From the human T2T-CHM13v2.0 reference genome, Homo sapiens, in the NCBI RefSeq assembly GCF_009914755.1, contig NC_060927.1: 64,000 bases of DNA. One strand, written 5' to 3'. This document shows positions 28,456-46,314 of this stretch, piece by piece; the stretch's first letter is position 1, and each line of letters opens with the position of its first letter. Under the pieces are notes generated by a model that did not search any database, had not been told where the DNA came from, and was given only the letters and a program-made list of their open reading frames with translations. The position numbers and the translations under genes are program-made.

Positions 28456-29965
28456 TAGACCTTGGGGCTGTGCAGAACAAGCCTTAGCACAGTTATTTTC
28501 AAGTCTGTCTGAATTTGGATCTAGGAAAACGAACGTCCTCCTTTTGTCCTGGACAAATGTGGATGTTAATGATCCCCAAGTGTTTTCTATGAAAACCAGT
28601 GCCCCGTGACAAGTTGCAAGGCATTCCTAGGGGAAAAGAATTTCTGGCCAAATAACTTTGGCAAACACACTGTACTCTTTGTCCCCTTAGAGACTGACAA
28701 GGCTTAGAGTGTATTAAAAGGTCGTGCATTGACGAAATCCGTGTTCCTTAAATGTATTTGTCCTCAGAACCTTCTTCGTAAAATACTGGTTCACTTCTTG
28801 CAGAACAGGATTTTGGAAATGCCGCCAACCTCTGAGATATTTGGAGGCTTTGCAATGTTCCAAGTCTTCTCTTCTCCTGGCTAAATATTATCCATTCCTA
28901 TAACTATGTGCTCCCTGGTCTTGAGTCTTTTTTACCATCTTGATCATTCTTTTTCACATGTCTCATGCATCTCTATTTGCCTTTGTCTGCCATGTCCTTG
29001 AGCATGATTTCTAGGTGTGGCCCAATGATTAGACTAGACAAGGATAGACACTCTAGGACTCTTGGCTTCCTGTAGGAAAAGGGGTTTGGAAGTGGTGGAG
29101 GGTCATACAGGTCACTTCTGGTCTCTCTTTCCCTGTTCTCAACAGACAGATCTCCCCCAAATCTCACTGCCCCATGAGTATGCGGTTGCCCATCTTCGAA
29201 CTTCAGAAGAGTTTACTGGGCAGAGAAGCAACAGTGTCTGGAAAAGAACGGCCCCTAGAGGGCAACATGGTCACACGAAAAGACGCTTGGTCTCCCAGGA
29301 TTTTTCTGGGTGCTAAACCTATCCAGATGCTACTCTGAGGAAGTGCTGTACTCTTTCAGTTTATTTCTGTATTTACCAAATGTCTTAGGAAATAGTCAAA
29401 ATGTCAACTGGAGCATAAAAGGCAAACACCAAGGAAAGTTGGGAGTCCCACAGGAAGGACTCAGCCATCGTCTCAAAGAGGATAGGGCCTGAAGTCAGTC
29501 ACTCGCCTGGGGCAGTGCTTGTGGCTATTGTGTCTTCCCTGCTACTGTGATTCTGCTTCTGGTTTAGGGCTTCAGTTATTGGGAAAGATATTCATATTTA
29601 TTCTGAGCTGGAGCAAACTTCCTTAAGAGTGATGCATACACTAATGTTCCTGGGCATTAGAATTTGATTCGAATTTTCATGAAAAGGGAAGGTTGACATT
29701 TTATTTAAATCAGTAATAAACTGTTGTATGTTACAATATAATCAATATCCACAATTATCCTAATGGTTTAGAGCGAAGGTTTGGCCAGGGTTGAGTCACA
29801 ATCTGGCATATGCTGCTTCCCAGCAGGGTGAACCTGGCCGTGCGATTTGAACTTCTTCAACTTCATAGAGAGTTGTTCTTCAACTCTCTATGAGGAAGCA
29901 TGGTCTGCCTTAAAGGCTGGTTGTGAGGATTAAATATAATGTCAAATGTAAAACATCGTGTAGAA

Positions 29966-30548
<583 letters not shown>

Positions 30549-30849
30549 TCATATAGTCATTGGCTTATAGATGCTAAAGAATAATATTTATTATTATTGT
30601 TATTGTTATGAATTGTTACTGGGAGTCCAAAATATGCAGTCTCTACTTCTAAGAGGCCTAGATTCTTGTTGGAGGACCAAGATGTTGAATGTGAGATAGT
30701 CAAATAATCAGGGCCATTATTGACAAGAAAAGAAGTAGAACTTCTGAGGAAAGGGAAATAGGGGCCTGCAGGACTAATGTCACTCGTTGAAGCTTTGTGG
30801 TGGAGAAGGACTGAAGGAGGAGCAGCACTGTAAAGGTAGAGAGATAGTC

Positions 30850-31160
30850 AGGCACGGTAGCTCACGCCTGTAATATCAGCACTTTGGGAGGCTGAGGTGA
30901 ATGGATTGCTTGAGCCTAGGAGTTCGAGACCAGCCTGGGCAATATGGCAAAAACACATCTCTACAAAAACAAAACAAAACAAAAATTAGCTGGGTGCAGT
31001 AGTGTACTCCTGTAGTCCCAGCTACTTGGGATGCTGAGAGGGGTGGATCACTTGAGCCTGGGAGGTCAAGGCTACTGTGAACTGTGATAATTGTATCATC
31101 CAGCCTGGGGAACAGAGCAAGACCCTGTCTCAAAAAAGACAGAAAGAAAGACAGAAAGAA
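30850..31160 (+). mobile_element. AluJ with GAAA/GACA tail
   Basis: Dimeric Alu; imperfect TSD aaaggtagagagatagt / aaaggcagagagatgtt. Confidence 0.92.
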
Positions 31161-31439
31161 AAGGCAGAGAGATGTTAGCAGGGCATTCTGGTTGAGGGAA
31201 ATAGCAAGAGCAAAAGAACTATGGCTTAGAGGGGAGAATACTCAAGAAGTATTGAGATGTCAGCTAAGTCAACATGTCAGCTAAGTTCAACAAAAGTTTA
31301 ACATTTCTGAGTATCTATTGCAGGCCAGATGCTATGTTAGTACTGAGGACATGGACATCAGAAAGGCTCAGGCAACAAATTCCTAAAGGTGCTATGATTA
31401 TGGAATAGAATAGCATCATCATCATCATGTTCTTCATTT

Positions 31440-31680
31440 TCATCATCATAAATACCATGTATTGAGGACTCACTATGTATCAGACACCGTTCTGAGCACT
31501 TTACATAAATCTGCTCATTTAATTCTAACAGTAACTTGATGGCATATGTATTATTATTATTCCTCCATTCCATACACGAAGAAACTGTGGCTTAGAAGGT
31601 TTAGATAGTCAAAAGTCATGCCAGGAATTAAGTGGAGGAGCTGGGAGCTGAGCCTAGTTCTGCCTGATTCTAAGGGGCTT
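31440..31680 (-). mobile_element. MIR
   Basis: tattgaggactcactatgtatcagacaccgttctgagcactttacat...gaagaaactgtggcttagaaggtt. Confidence 0.75.
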
Positions 31681-32185
31681 TTAAATAAGTAGTCAATTCT
31701 TCTTGAAGGCTGGAGGGTTTGCAGGGCGCTGCCAAGAAGTCTCACTCCATATTGCATCGCTCCTTCTCCATGTCCCAGCCCTCCGTGCAGGTAGGCGAGG
31801 CCACATGATTACTACAGGCCGAAGAAGCATGACCTGAAGGGACACGCATCACTTCTGGGATCAGGCATTGAAAAACTTGTCCACAATTTTCCAGCCCCTT
31901 TCGTTGCAGTGTCAACCAAGTGGGCAGATTTGTGTTCTAGATGTGCCACGACGAGGTCACGGAACCTTTGCCGGCCAGAGTCCCTGAGTACATCTGTGAT
32001 GCAGGGCACCCTGGGCATTTCTGCTGGATGTGTAGTTTAAGCAAGAAATATACCAAGTGAATAGGCTGTGATCTGAGGTTTATTTGCTACTGCAGCATAA
32101 GCCTAGTCTATGCTGACTAATACAGTTTGAAAAAGGGGATAAAGTTAGGTTTGTAGGGTAGAAAGAGTCCTCAATTTTGGCCTAA

Positions 32186-32557
<372 letters not shown>

Positions 32558-33689
32558 TCAAAGTGTAAATCTTTGGGTCTCTTTTAGGAACTGAGTTAAA
32601 GGTAGGCACAGGGATGCAAAAATAGCATTTTTTTTTTTAGACAACCCTGTTTAAAGATGTACTTTCCATTTATCTCCCAGAAACCAAGCCTTTCCAAGGT
32701 CCTGGAAAATCCAACAATTTGAGGTTAATTCTAAATTTTACTGGCTTCTTTAGATACATAGAATCAATACACACATACACCAAAACAAAAAAGAAACATT
32801 CTCTTCTGTGCTTGTGTGTCCTAATTTGCAGTCTGGGAAAATATGATTACCTTAGACCTGTTCTCCTGGCTGCCCCCAGGAATATCTTCAGAGTTCAGTT
32901 CCATGAGCAGCACTTGATCTTGAAATCTACATCCAGCCCTTTTTTCCTGCCTTTGGCAGATGAGCCATGACAGCGCTGCTCTCCGTGAGCCTGGCCACTG
33001 GCATGTGTGTGGTATACTTCATTTAGTTCCCCTGAAGAATATGCTGGGAGCTCTGTCAGACCTTTTAGATTCTTGGCATGATTTGGAGCTCAGCTGAGGT
33101 GGATAGGATTCCTAAGCCTGCTGAGTAATTCTTTGTTATTTATTTTTGATGTCAAATTATAACAAGAACTACCAGGACCTCGAGGGAAACATCTTTGAAC
33201 AGAACATAGCACCATGGTGGGTCTTTCCGCCAGATAAAAATTCAAGAGCCAATTGCCATGGGCAAGTGAAAGAGTGGGCAGAGGATGTATATATCTATAA
33301 ACATTTGTGTAGAGATACAAACATATACTCATTTAGACGAGGATCTATCACCAGGAAAATCACATTTCAACAATGAGTATATTCACAAAGAAATTCAATG
33401 TAGAGCTAATAGTGGTTGTTTATTTACTTGGTTTTCATAAGGCCAAAGTTCATGGAGATATAAAATACTAAGAGGCAGTATATTCTTAAATAAATATTCC
33501 GCAGAAGAGTTCAAGGAGGGGCTGATCTCTTGTCTATTCTGTGTAAATTCTTGGCCCTAGCATTGGAAGGTCTGGAATAGCAGTGCCCAAAAAGGTATAG
33601 CATCAGATCTTAGACTGAGAGACCTTACACATGTTACTAAACACGAGTGGGCTTCAGTCTTCTTATCTGAGAAATGCAGATTTGGTCAT

Positions 33690-34590
<901 letters not shown>

Positions 34591-34968
34591 AAACTCTTAA
34601 AGCATCTCTCAAGATTAAGTTTGCATCAGGGGAAGCAAAGGAATTTTAAAATGATGCATCTTAGTGTCTGGCTAAAATAAATCCCCTAAATACATAGCCC
34701 ATCCCCTAACTGAAAACTGCTAGGGACCAAGAGAGTTCACTATTCAAGCTGCATATTCCATATATTGAATCAGAGGTGAATATAAAGTCATCAAAGCTCA
34801 TTATTACTAACTATCTACACAATCATGGGGTAAAGAGTGGCGATTTATTCCCTTAGGTATTGACGCTAGTCATGGTTTAGCCAGGAAACAAAAATTACTT
34901 GAATATTTAATATGGAAGGCCTTTCATGGAGACAATGGGATACATAGGCAATAAGGAGGCTGAGATGC

Positions 34969-35700
<732 letters not shown>

Positions 35701-36739
35701 CCCAGGGCAGGACCTCACTCTACCTTCTGCCTCCAGATTTGAAAAGCAGGTGCTGCCACTTGGGGTTGGTGAAGAATGGACAGTGGAGGTGGCAAGATCG
35801 ATTTATGAGATGGTAGGACTTCTTAAGTATTATTTCGTTTTATATAGTGCCTGCAGCTGAATCCATGTCAGGCATTCTTTGGCTCGATGTTTCAAAGCTG
35901 GGCAGGTAGTGATGCCTCTGTAGCAGGGAGTTCCAGCTGACTCTCAGCTTCACCACTGCTCAGGCTGGGGCATTTCTGGACATCCTGGATGAACCGGTGG
36001 GGCAGCCCCTACATAGGTATATTTTCAGGAAGGATCAAGGAGCTTAACGGAATAACATTGATCTTGAAGAAAGAGGGTTCCTGGTACAATGACATGGCTT
36101 TGATTGTTGGGAAGTGAGTTGGCATGCAGTTCTTGGTTTTTATAATTGAATCAGCTTCTAAGACCAGCCTCTCTGTGGTTTTGTTTTTGTGTATATGGGG
36201 GTGTGTGTCCTGTGAGCTCTGACTCAATGGAGCTATTCCACTAAACTCTGTAATACCCTTGGCTGCCAGCATTTCTCTTTGGAACCGTTGGACAGCATGT
36301 GCCCTAAAGCAAGGAGAAAGGCCTTCCTCCTTCTGCATGGAAAGCAGTGTGACTCCTAGGCAGTGCGAAGTCTAGGGGCTAAAGCACTATCTTATTGCTT
36401 CAATAACTTCAAATATCAGTGGCAGTTATAAAGGTGGCTCAAGGGAGCAGTGCAGTACAATTTTGGTGGGATTCGAGCGAGAAGTCAAGGAAAAATATGA
36501 ATGCCTTTGGGGATACTAAGTTTCCAGATATTTTGAAATAGTAGATTGAGACAAGAACAACAAAACGGCAGTGACACATGTAATTAGAATTTGAAAGGCC
36601 ATAAACATTTATTTAATCCACTCATGTACTTCTCTGTGTGTTGGATATACGTTGATGAAAAATTTCTTATAAAATTTTACATAATCCATTCTCACATATG
36701 TGCAGGAACTTTGTGTGTACATCTCATCCATCTTTCCAT

Positions 36740-37580
<841 letters not shown>

Positions 37581-37769
37581 TGCCCTAACCATTCATGACC
37601 ATTTGTAACCTGGTTTCCAGGGTCTGGTCCTTTACATGTGGCTCATTTTGTTTTTTTTAGACAATTTTTCTTCATATTGGGCTGGAATCATTTTTCCTTT
37701 AGCTTCCGGCTCTAGGCTCTGTCCCCTGGAGCCTTGCAGAGAAATCCTACAACTTATCTATTCTTTCTC

Positions 37770-38140
37770 TAGATCGTATTTCCTCTAACTCTCCTGTTCT
37801 CTAAGTGTAGCCCATCTTCATATGACAGGGTTTTAAGAATCTTTCCTGTTAATGTCGCCTTCTTTGGGACACACTTCAGTCGGCCAGCATCCGTCCTCAG
37901 ATGCAGTCTTCAGAACCAAACACCTGAGGTTGGGTGAAAGTAAAGAAGGGCTTTCACCTCTCTTGTTTAGGACACTTAGCTTCTATGGATGTGTCTTCAA
38001 GATCAAAGTCTTTTTTCTGAGTGCCTCCTCACACTGCTGATTCAAAATAAACTTGCAGTCAGCTAAAACCTTTAAATTCATTTCTTGTAAGCTGCTATTA
38101 AACCAGGTGGTTCTCATCCAATATGTATGTGGGCATTTAT
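37770..38140 (-). mobile_element. L3/CR1 LINE relic
   Basis: cttcatatgacagggttt...cagaaccaaacac...cacactgctgattc...gcagtcagctaaaacctttaaa...ctgctattaaaccaggt, typical decayed CR1/L3 RT antisense. Confidence 0.5.
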
Positions 38141-38454
38141 TTTTAATTTATACCTTGTCTATTTCTAAAAACGACTTCAGCCTAGAACAGAACTCAAGTG
38201 TACGGCTACACAGTTAAAATAAAGATCCAAGGGAGAGCAGAAACATATTTTCACAGTAGACTTTGTGAAGGCAATTGCAGGTCTCTAGCTATACCGCATT
38301 TCTATCTCATTTTGTTGACTTAGGACTCTATGCTATACTGTGCTATGTTTTTCTCAAATCTCCTTCTCTTCTTTGAGTTGGAAGCCACTCTCAGCAGTGG
38401 TTCATCTGCCAATTTGCTGTTGATCACCATTCTTACATATTTCCTGATTCTTTA

Positions 38455-38640
38455 AGTCAGAGATCCCAGTTCCATCATTTACTAGCTGTGTGACCTTGGG
38501 CAGGTTAATTCAGCTCTCTGCACCTTAGTTTCCTCATTTGCATAATGGTGCCTAGCTAATCAAGGTTAAGTATTAAATAAAGCAATAACGTAAAGCCCTT
38601 TGAACAGTGTGCTGTTCAAGGTCAGCTCTTGATACATTTT
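38455..38640 (+). mobile_element. MIR
   Basis: tttactagctgtgtgaccttgggcaggttaattcagctctctgcaccttagtttcctcatttgcataatgg. Confidence 0.8.
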
Positions 38641-41600
38641 AATTAATTGTTATGAATATAAACATTGATTGAGAATTTATTGTGCTCTAGGCAATGTGGT
38701 AGATACTTAAATACAATATTGTATTTACTCCTCCCATTAAGCCAGTCAAGTGGTTACTGTAATCACCTCCATCAGAGGTTAAATGACTCATTTGGGTTCC
38801 CACAGCCAACAGTTTGGTGTTTTCAAGGCAAGATAATGGAAGGGCATTGTAGGCAGTGGGAACCGCACTAGCAAAGACCTGGCCTACTTGATGTACAGTG
38901 AATCACTGTAGTCTGGAATATGTGGGTTTGCACCAGGGTGGACAGCATCTCTCTTTCCTTCCATTTCTAAAATATGGCTTGTTTCCTAGAATTTCTACCT
39001 ATACCCTGGCCCAACTCCTCTTCTGGGAGGCTCGTATTTCTCTGTCCTGCATTGAGACTGGATGGTGTGTCTTATTCTTACATATTTGTTCCTGGTAAGT
39101 GACACAAAAAGTCATGCTGCTCTTTGGAAGTAACTAGTAATTACACTTCAATTTCTTTAGAAAAAAGAAGACTGACAATCAGTCTCTTGCCATTCTGGTA
39201 ACATGACCCTAACTATCTGTGAGATTTATTCTATCGTGCTTGGGCTAGGGAGTGTCATTCATTGTTTTTGAAATGTCTCTGGAAGAGAACCAGGGTTTCA
39301 TCTACACCTTTTAACTACAGCTACATTTCAGTACTGGCTTGACATGACAGTATATAAATGGAACATTTGCATAATGTATTGAATTTCTAGTTAAATTTTA
39401 ATGATAATTGACTGAACTGGATTGTCCCATAGGAAATAATGAGATAATGAGTGTTGCTTGCCTTGTGTCTAAGACTATAAAATGTCAAGTAACTTAGGGA
39501 AAAGTTTTTGCCTTTACCTAGTTGCCTCATCTGTTCTGCTTTTGCTATCTTTCCCATAAACTAACGTGCAATAGACTTCCCAGGGAATAATCACTCACTC
39601 ATATTGCATTTTCCTTATGTCTACCTGCCTGCCGACAAGGGTGTCAAGCTTCCCTTTTTAATGTGCCCCTAGAACAATTTGTGTTTGTTTCTTAAGATTT
39701 CTGAATGTCCATTAAGAAACCAGTTATTTCAAGAAATTTTTATTATAGTAACATAATTTGGATTAGCCCTTATTAAAAGAGAATTCTGTCTTTCTTTCTC
39801 TGCTTTGTTAAATCTTTAGGAGGTCTTAAGCTCTGAAAAAGATTATGCCAATCCCCACTTTAACTACTATGTGTGATTGTAAGAAAAAACAACATTAAGT
39901 TTTAAAATAAGTATGAGGAAGTTCAACACAATCTGATTCTGGGTGGGCCAGGAGAACATGAGCAGGCCACTCAAGGCTTGACAGTGTCTGTTACACTTTG
40001 GTATATGCTCATGGTAGCATTTATTCCTGTTGTAACTTAGTACCTATCTGCATAATTATCTTCTTGCCCATTTCTTTTATTAGACTGTAACTTTCATGAA
40101 GGCAAGGAACATATCTGCTTACTGCTATATCCCTGGTATCATCTGAAACATCGTCTGTTTCAGAACTAGAGCCAGGTATATAGTATGCACTCAATTAATC
40201 AATAATAATAATGAAAGATAAATAATAATGAAAAGACAGATAATAATAAAAACAAATCATAATAAAAATTGTAGCTAAATTGATAGATTGATTATTATAT
40301 AAGACACACATTTCTAAGTGCTTTACATGTGACATATTTTTTTTTTTTTACAACAACCTGTTTAATATTCACTATATTGATGTGGACATTCAAGCACAGA
40401 GAGGTTAAGAAACATCAGCTACATCACACAGGAGGAAAGCTTCCTTCAGTTGTAACATTCTAGGAATTTAAATAGCTTTAAAACCAATCCCAAGTGGGTT
40501 GGAATACTCTGTTCCACAACAGCTGTCAGCAAGATTATTGACCTGAAGCGTTAGTGACTGGTGGACGAGTTCTTGGTCTTCAGTGACACTCTTGAAAGTG
40601 CTCAAGATCCCCATTGCTTGAAGAAAATTGGAACCCAATTTTCTTTCTTTTAAAGTTTAAAATATTTCAATCATAGTGGAAAATTGTAGAAGTACAGGAT
40701 AGGTTCAGAAGGGCATATGGAGTGAGAACAGGTTGCTTCCAGTAGGCAAGAAAAAAATTTGAGTTCTGATGTGGATTACACCTTCGGAAAAGAGCAATGG
40801 CTGTTGCTGGTTCTGTAATAAGATGTTTCAGATTCTCAGATCCTCATCTGGTGCCTTTCTGACAAAAGCCAATGGCTTATAAGTTCCAAAGTTCTTAGGT
40901 GGTCAAGGTCCACCACGATCTTGTCTTAAACTCCATTTGGATCTTCTTTTTCCACCTTTCTCCACCTACTTGCTATCAGTCAGGACTTTCTGTTATGAGT
41001 AATAGAAAACTCACCTCTCTCTGGCTTGAGTGAAAAAGGATTATTTATTGGTTCAGATAATGGAAAGAGTTCACTGGTAGAACTAAGTTCATCCAGGGGC
41101 TCAAATGATGTCGTTGTGAATCTGCTGTCTCCCCACATCTGCTTTCCTCTGTGATCAGTGAGTTCAGGGAGGTTCTTCCCAGGCAGAACCTCTCATCTCC
41201 CTATCTCAGTAGCCCTTGATATCCCCAGGCTTACACACTATACTCTCAGCAGCCAGTTTGAATTTGTTGGCATAATGCTAGCTGCTGTAAGATGCAACTT
41301 CTTAAAATTAATTGTCTTCGTGATTAGCAAAAAGAGCTTATTTGTTTTCTCTTATGACATCTGGATGCAGCTGTTCCTTGTTAGTGAATGACTTTTCTCC
41401 ATGGAATGATTCAGGGCCCACCATCCTTTAGGGTTCAGAGTTTTCTTTACTTAGCAAATGGGGAAGCAAAGCGTGGAGAAACCGCAATCATTTTTTAAAG
41501 AATGTTTACTCTGCACCTTCCCTCAACTCCCTTTAGTGAGAATTGACCACATGACCAAATATGGACACAGGAAGGGCTGGAAAACGTAGCCCCAGACTGA

Positions 41601-41779
41601 ATAACTGCTTTCTAGCCACAATTTCACACCACGGGCAGGAGCTCATGAATTTGTTGATTGCTGTCAGTCTCTGTCACAAATTTCCAGTAATGCCAACCAG
41701 AGTCTCTGAAATTAAGAAGTCTTGGTCTGGTTTGGGTCATATGCCTATTCTTGATTGAATAACCGTGCTTAAAGAGATG

Positions 41780-42940
41780 GAATTCATTCATTTATTCTAT
41801 CATTTATTCCACAAATATTTATGACAGTTTTTATGTGCTAAATACTATTCCTAACCCTGGGAATACAGTAGTGAATACAACAGGTAAAAGTCCCTGCTCT
41901 CATGCAGTTTATATTCTAGTGAAGCCGGATGACTAAAACATATGGCATTGCAGATGGTGCTATGATCAGCACTAAACTAAGGAAGAAGGATGGGGAACAC
42001 TGTGGGAGTCACAGACTGGAGTTTTCTTTTGGGTGTTACAGAGGCTTCTCCCAGAAAGTGACATCTGAATGAAGATTGGAAGGAGATGAAGGAGTGAATC
42101 ATATATGGGGGAAGAGTGCTTCAGGTAGAGGGAATGGCTAGTACCAAGGACTGAGACAGGGGCAAGCCTGGCATATTTGTGAAAAGCAAGGAGGCCAGTG
42201 CTAGGGTCTAAATGTCCCCTCTCCACCTTGAATTCATATGTTGAAACTTAATTCCCATTGTGGTGGGATTAAGAGGTGGGGCCTTTTGGGGAGTGATTAA
42301 GTCATGAAGGCTCTGCCCTCATGAATAAATTAGTGCTTTCTAAAAGGGTGGGAGGGAACTAGCTCAGATCCCTTGCGCCCTTTTACCTTCTGCCTTGTGA
42401 AGACACCCAGAAGGTGCTATAATGAGGAATGGGCCTTAGCCAAACACCAAACATGCTGGCGTCTTTATCTCGGACTTCCCAGCCTCCAGAACTGTAAGCA
42501 ATAAATTTCTGTTATTTATCAATTACTCAGTCTCAGATATTTTGTTACAGCAGCACAAACAGAATAAGACAGCCAATGTGACTGAAATGAAGTGAGCTGG
42601 GAGAAAGAAAGAGGAGAAGACAGGGGAGTAACAGATAGCCAGTCAGATAGGACTTTGCTGATTACTGTAAGGACTGTGGCTTTTCCCAAGTAAGATGGGT
42701 AGTCTAGGAGAGTTTTAAGCAGGAATAAAATGAAGCGAGTTATGTTTCAAAACTGATTTCATAGTAACCCCTCTGATTATTACATTGAAAATTGACTGTA
42801 GAAGAGACTGTGGAAGCCAGATAAGAGGCAGGTGTGGTTATCCAGTGATGAAATGATGTTGGCATGGGCTAGGATAGTGAAGATGGAAGTAAGTGGCTGG
42901 ATTCTGGATACTTTTTAAAGACAGATGAATTGTGCTGATT
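41780..42940 (-). mobile_element. L2 fragment interrupted by an MST LTR
   Basis: attcattcatt...ctgggaatacagtagtgaatac...tccctgctctcatgcagtttatattctagtg...gattctggatactttttaaag. Confidence 0.75.
42199..42571 (+). mobile_element. MST-family (MSTC/D-like) MaLR solo LTR
   Basis: tgctagggtctaaatgtccc...gaattcatatgttgaaacttaattccc...cagcagcacaaacagaataagaca; TSD gccag / gccaa. Confidence 0.8.
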
Positions 42941-43199
42941 TTCTGGGCTTGGGTGACATGTTTTATCCTGGAGCAAGAGAATGGAATCAACACATCGGAA
43001 CCACATGAGTCAGAGAGCAATGATTTCCTAAAGAAAATTGAGAAGGGAATTGGGAAGATGAGACTGGGCAGTACTCAGTCAGGGTGGGCTGATACTACAG
43101 TAACCAACAACCTCAAGACCTCAATGGCTTAAGGCAGTAAAGTTGAACTTACTGCACTAGTGACATGCCTAGTGCAGGTTAGCAGGGGACTGGAGCTTG

Positions 43200-43640
43200 T
43201 CATAGCAACTCCGTGTTTTAACTCTATTACCATGGATGAGGTTTGACGAGAGCAGATGCAAATCAAGAGAAGAAATACAGCTCCCTGGGAGAACATAGCA
43301 CCCCATGAAGAACCACTTGGGGGATGCACCTTGGTCAGTCATGATGCAGAGGAATATGAAGGAACTGTGGGCACTATTGTGGTTTCTGTGGGAAGGAGAG
43401 GGTAAGGCAGGGCATGCAGACATAGGAGTGGCTAATTTGAATGATTTCAGTGGCTCTGGAGTATAGAGGCTGTCCTTGGTTGTAGAGTACTTGGCCCTGG
43501 GGTAATTAGGGTGGGTATATAGTGGCCTGGAGCATGAGAGCCTGATACAGCAGGTGGTTGGGGTATGGCCTTAATTGACTGTCCTAGAAGGGAACTGTCT
43601 GGCTTTTGGACAGGGCCTCAAAACTGGGTTAAGGCAGCTG
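43200..43640 (-). mobile_element. ERVL LTR (MER74-like)
   Basis: gtggctaatttgaatgatttcagtggctctggagtatagaggctgtccttggttg...ggccctggggtaattagggtgg. Confidence 0.45.
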
Positions 43641-43649
43641 GTGGAAGAT

Positions 43650-43762
43650 GGCTCAAAGCCTTGAGTTTGAGGCTGTAGTGTGCTATAATCACACCTGTGA
43701 ATAGCCACTGCACTCCAGCCTAGCAACATAGCAAGACCCTGCCTCAAAACAAAATAAAACAA
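43650..43762 (+). mobile_element. FAM-like (fossil Alu monomer) 3' fragment
   Basis: gagtttgaggctgtagtgtgctataatcacacctgtgaatagccactgcactccagcc; keeps the 7SL-like cctgtgaatagccac segment. Confidence 0.7.
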
Positions 43763-44309
43763 GGGCAGAACTTTTTTTTTTTTTTTTCAAGAAATCTACG
43801 TTACACTCAGGGACTCAGGCTCACAGAAACTCCACAATCTTATGATATCACTATCTCAGCAGGAGGCCTCAAGATTGAAGTCAACAGAATGGGGAAATTG
43901 TGTACAGGCTCCTAAATATTTCACCAAAAGAGACTCATGACACTTCCTATGATGATTGACTGGCCAAAACAAGTCACATGGCCATACCTAACTTCAAGAA
44001 GGTGTGTGTCTGGATGGAAAGGAGAATCAGAAATCTTGGTGATCAACAGTAAGGTCTACCAAAGGAGGCAAAGCTCACAGATATCCACCATATACTCCAC
44101 ATTTTCCAAAACCACCACGTGTGTCCACTTTTTTAACCTTCTGTTGTCCATCTTCTGGACTCTATTCATCTTCTGAGACCAAGCTCTAAAGCCCCTTCCT
44201 CTGTAATTGCCCTTTCTTTTCTCTCCAGGAAAAATTTATTTTTTTCTTTTTCTGTGCTCTGGTAGTAGTTAATTTATGCCATTTTGAAAACTTAATTCTA
44301 ATGTTAGCT

Positions 44310-44812
44310 TGGTTCCAGTCATCTGTTGCTATCTAATAAACTACCCCCAAACTTTGGCTTATAGAAACAATAATCATTTATTTTGCTCAAAAATTGTGGT
44401 TTGGTCAGGGCAGTGCCTGTCTCCTTCACAGGGCATCAGCTACAATGGCTCGACCAGGGCTGAAGGATGGCTCACATGGCTGACAACTTGGTGCTGGGCT
44501 TTCCATGGGAACTTTGGGCTTCCTTCCAGCATGGTGGCTGGGTTCTATGAAGGAGTGTGCAAAGAGTGTCCAAGTGACTTCTAAGGCTAGATCTTCAAAG
44601 TCAATATGACTTTTAGGTCAAGGCAACTTTTAAGATCTAGCCTTAGAAGTCACATGATGTTATCTTAGCCATAAGCATCAGCCCTTCCTGATTCAAAGGG
44701 AGGGGATACAGACCCCATATTTCACTGGGCAGAAAGTTAAAGTCACACTGTAAGAAGAGCATGTGAGATGGAAGGTTCTGTTGTAGTCATTTTTAGAACA
44801 TACAACCTGGCA
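44310..44812 (-). mobile_element. MLT1 (F/G-like) LTR
   Basis: atctgttgctatctaataaactacccccaaactttggctta...ccagcatggtggctgggttc...agagcatgtgagatgg. Confidence 0.6.
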
Positions 44813-44989
44813 AAGCTCTTTACACTTCCAATCCATTTTATAATTAAGCAGGGAAGCAAATAATAGAAATTGTTTTGTGGGCGCTCATTCCCCTTGTATT
44901 ACTGTGTGCTCCGTTATAATAGTGGCTGTGGTTTGTTCATCTTTGCATGTCCAGTGCAGAGCACAGAGATAGATGCTTGAGGGAAGACA

Positions 44990-45522
44990 CTGCTTAACCT
45001 TTTCTTCCTTACCAACAGATCCCTAAACTTATTTAGGTGACAACATGCTCAAGAAAGGTGGGCCCAGACCTAGGGGATGAATCATGATTGGTCTACAGCC
45101 TTTTTGACTATCATATTCCTCTATTCTGGATTATCAATTTGGGAATGGTTATGTGATCTAATTCTCTCCAAAGAGATGCAAGAGAAAGTCTGTTGAAAGG
45201 AGTTGTGACAAAGATTTCTCATTCTAGAAAAAGAGATGGGTATGGAGAAATCCCACGTTCCTTCCTACTTTTGGATGTTGTTGTGTGACGATGTTATGTT
45301 CGAAGCTGTGGCAGCCATATTGAAATCATGATAATCTCTGCAGGGGAATCTCAAAAAAGCCAACCAATATTCTTGGCATTATTTAGCTGCTAGATTAACC
45401 AATTTCTGGACCTGCCTATCTCCAACTTCTTGTTATGTGAGGTAATTAATTCCTATTATTTAAAGCCAGCTTTAATTGGCTCTTTCAGCTGTTATTTGCA
45501 GCTGAAAGCATTCTCACTGAAA
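44990..45522 (+). mobile_element. MLT1J-like LTR
   Basis: ggggatgaatcatgattggtcta...gaagctgtggcagccatattg...ttcttgttatgtgaggtaa...gttatttgcagctgaaagcattctcactgaaaca. Confidence 0.6.
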
Positions 45523-46314
45523 CAGAGCTCAATTAATGTTCATAGAATTGAATTGAATTCCCCTAACTGATTTGGCTAACTCATTTTGTAGTCTGTGCCA
45601 TGCACAAGAATAAGCTCAGAGGATTGTAAAATCTCATTCCTATGTACACTGCTACTCTGAGTTTCTTCTGTGAACCTCAGGGATTTCAAAGTTGGATTGC
45701 CTGAAATGTTTCCAAACCAGAGTCCATTGGCTCACCTATGTCTAAATGGTAGCTTTCGTTAGGAAAAAAAAATTTTTTGGTCCAAGTATTTAAAACACAA
45801 AAGACCTCTGGGTGTGCTGGCTTCTTGGCATTCCCAAGTCTTGCAGCTGAGACATAATGACTAACTACAGGCAATTAGAGGGTGAAGTTGCTACCAGCAG
45901 TTTGAATGAATGGAGAATGCAGCTGGGTGCAGGCAGGTCTTTCTGGCCTCAACCAGGGGAAACTTTGCCAAAACACCTGTAAACTTTCCCAGCCTGGTTC
46001 AGCAAAATCTCCCCCTTTTAGGGAGCATCCATCCCCTCATGTTTGCAGCATGATACCTAAGCAAGTGTACTTTGACATTTTATTCTTTATAGGCAGTTAT
46101 TATTATGATTTAATAGCATATTTTTATCCCTTTCTTCAAGCAGATTCTAAATAAGGCTACAGGGCTTTAGCCAGATAATGTTATGACGGGTTAAGGAAGG
46201 CTATGAAGAAAAGCCCTGTAGGTAGGTGAAATGTGGGACTAGATGGGTGGGTTTTCACAGCTTCAGTTTTTGTCAACCCCACACCTAGTCCTTCCTCTCT
46301 TCTCCCCTTCCTTT

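Noticed and set aside
31258-31292. Short duplications (tgtcagctaagt(t)caaca x2; similar ones near 33760, 34571, 54618)
   Set aside because: Ordinary 9-18-bp slippage duplications with no further structure.
33146-33376. 76-aa ORF in apparently unique sequence
   Set aside because: No recognisable homology and no clear splice-site pair or neighbouring exons; consistent with chance.
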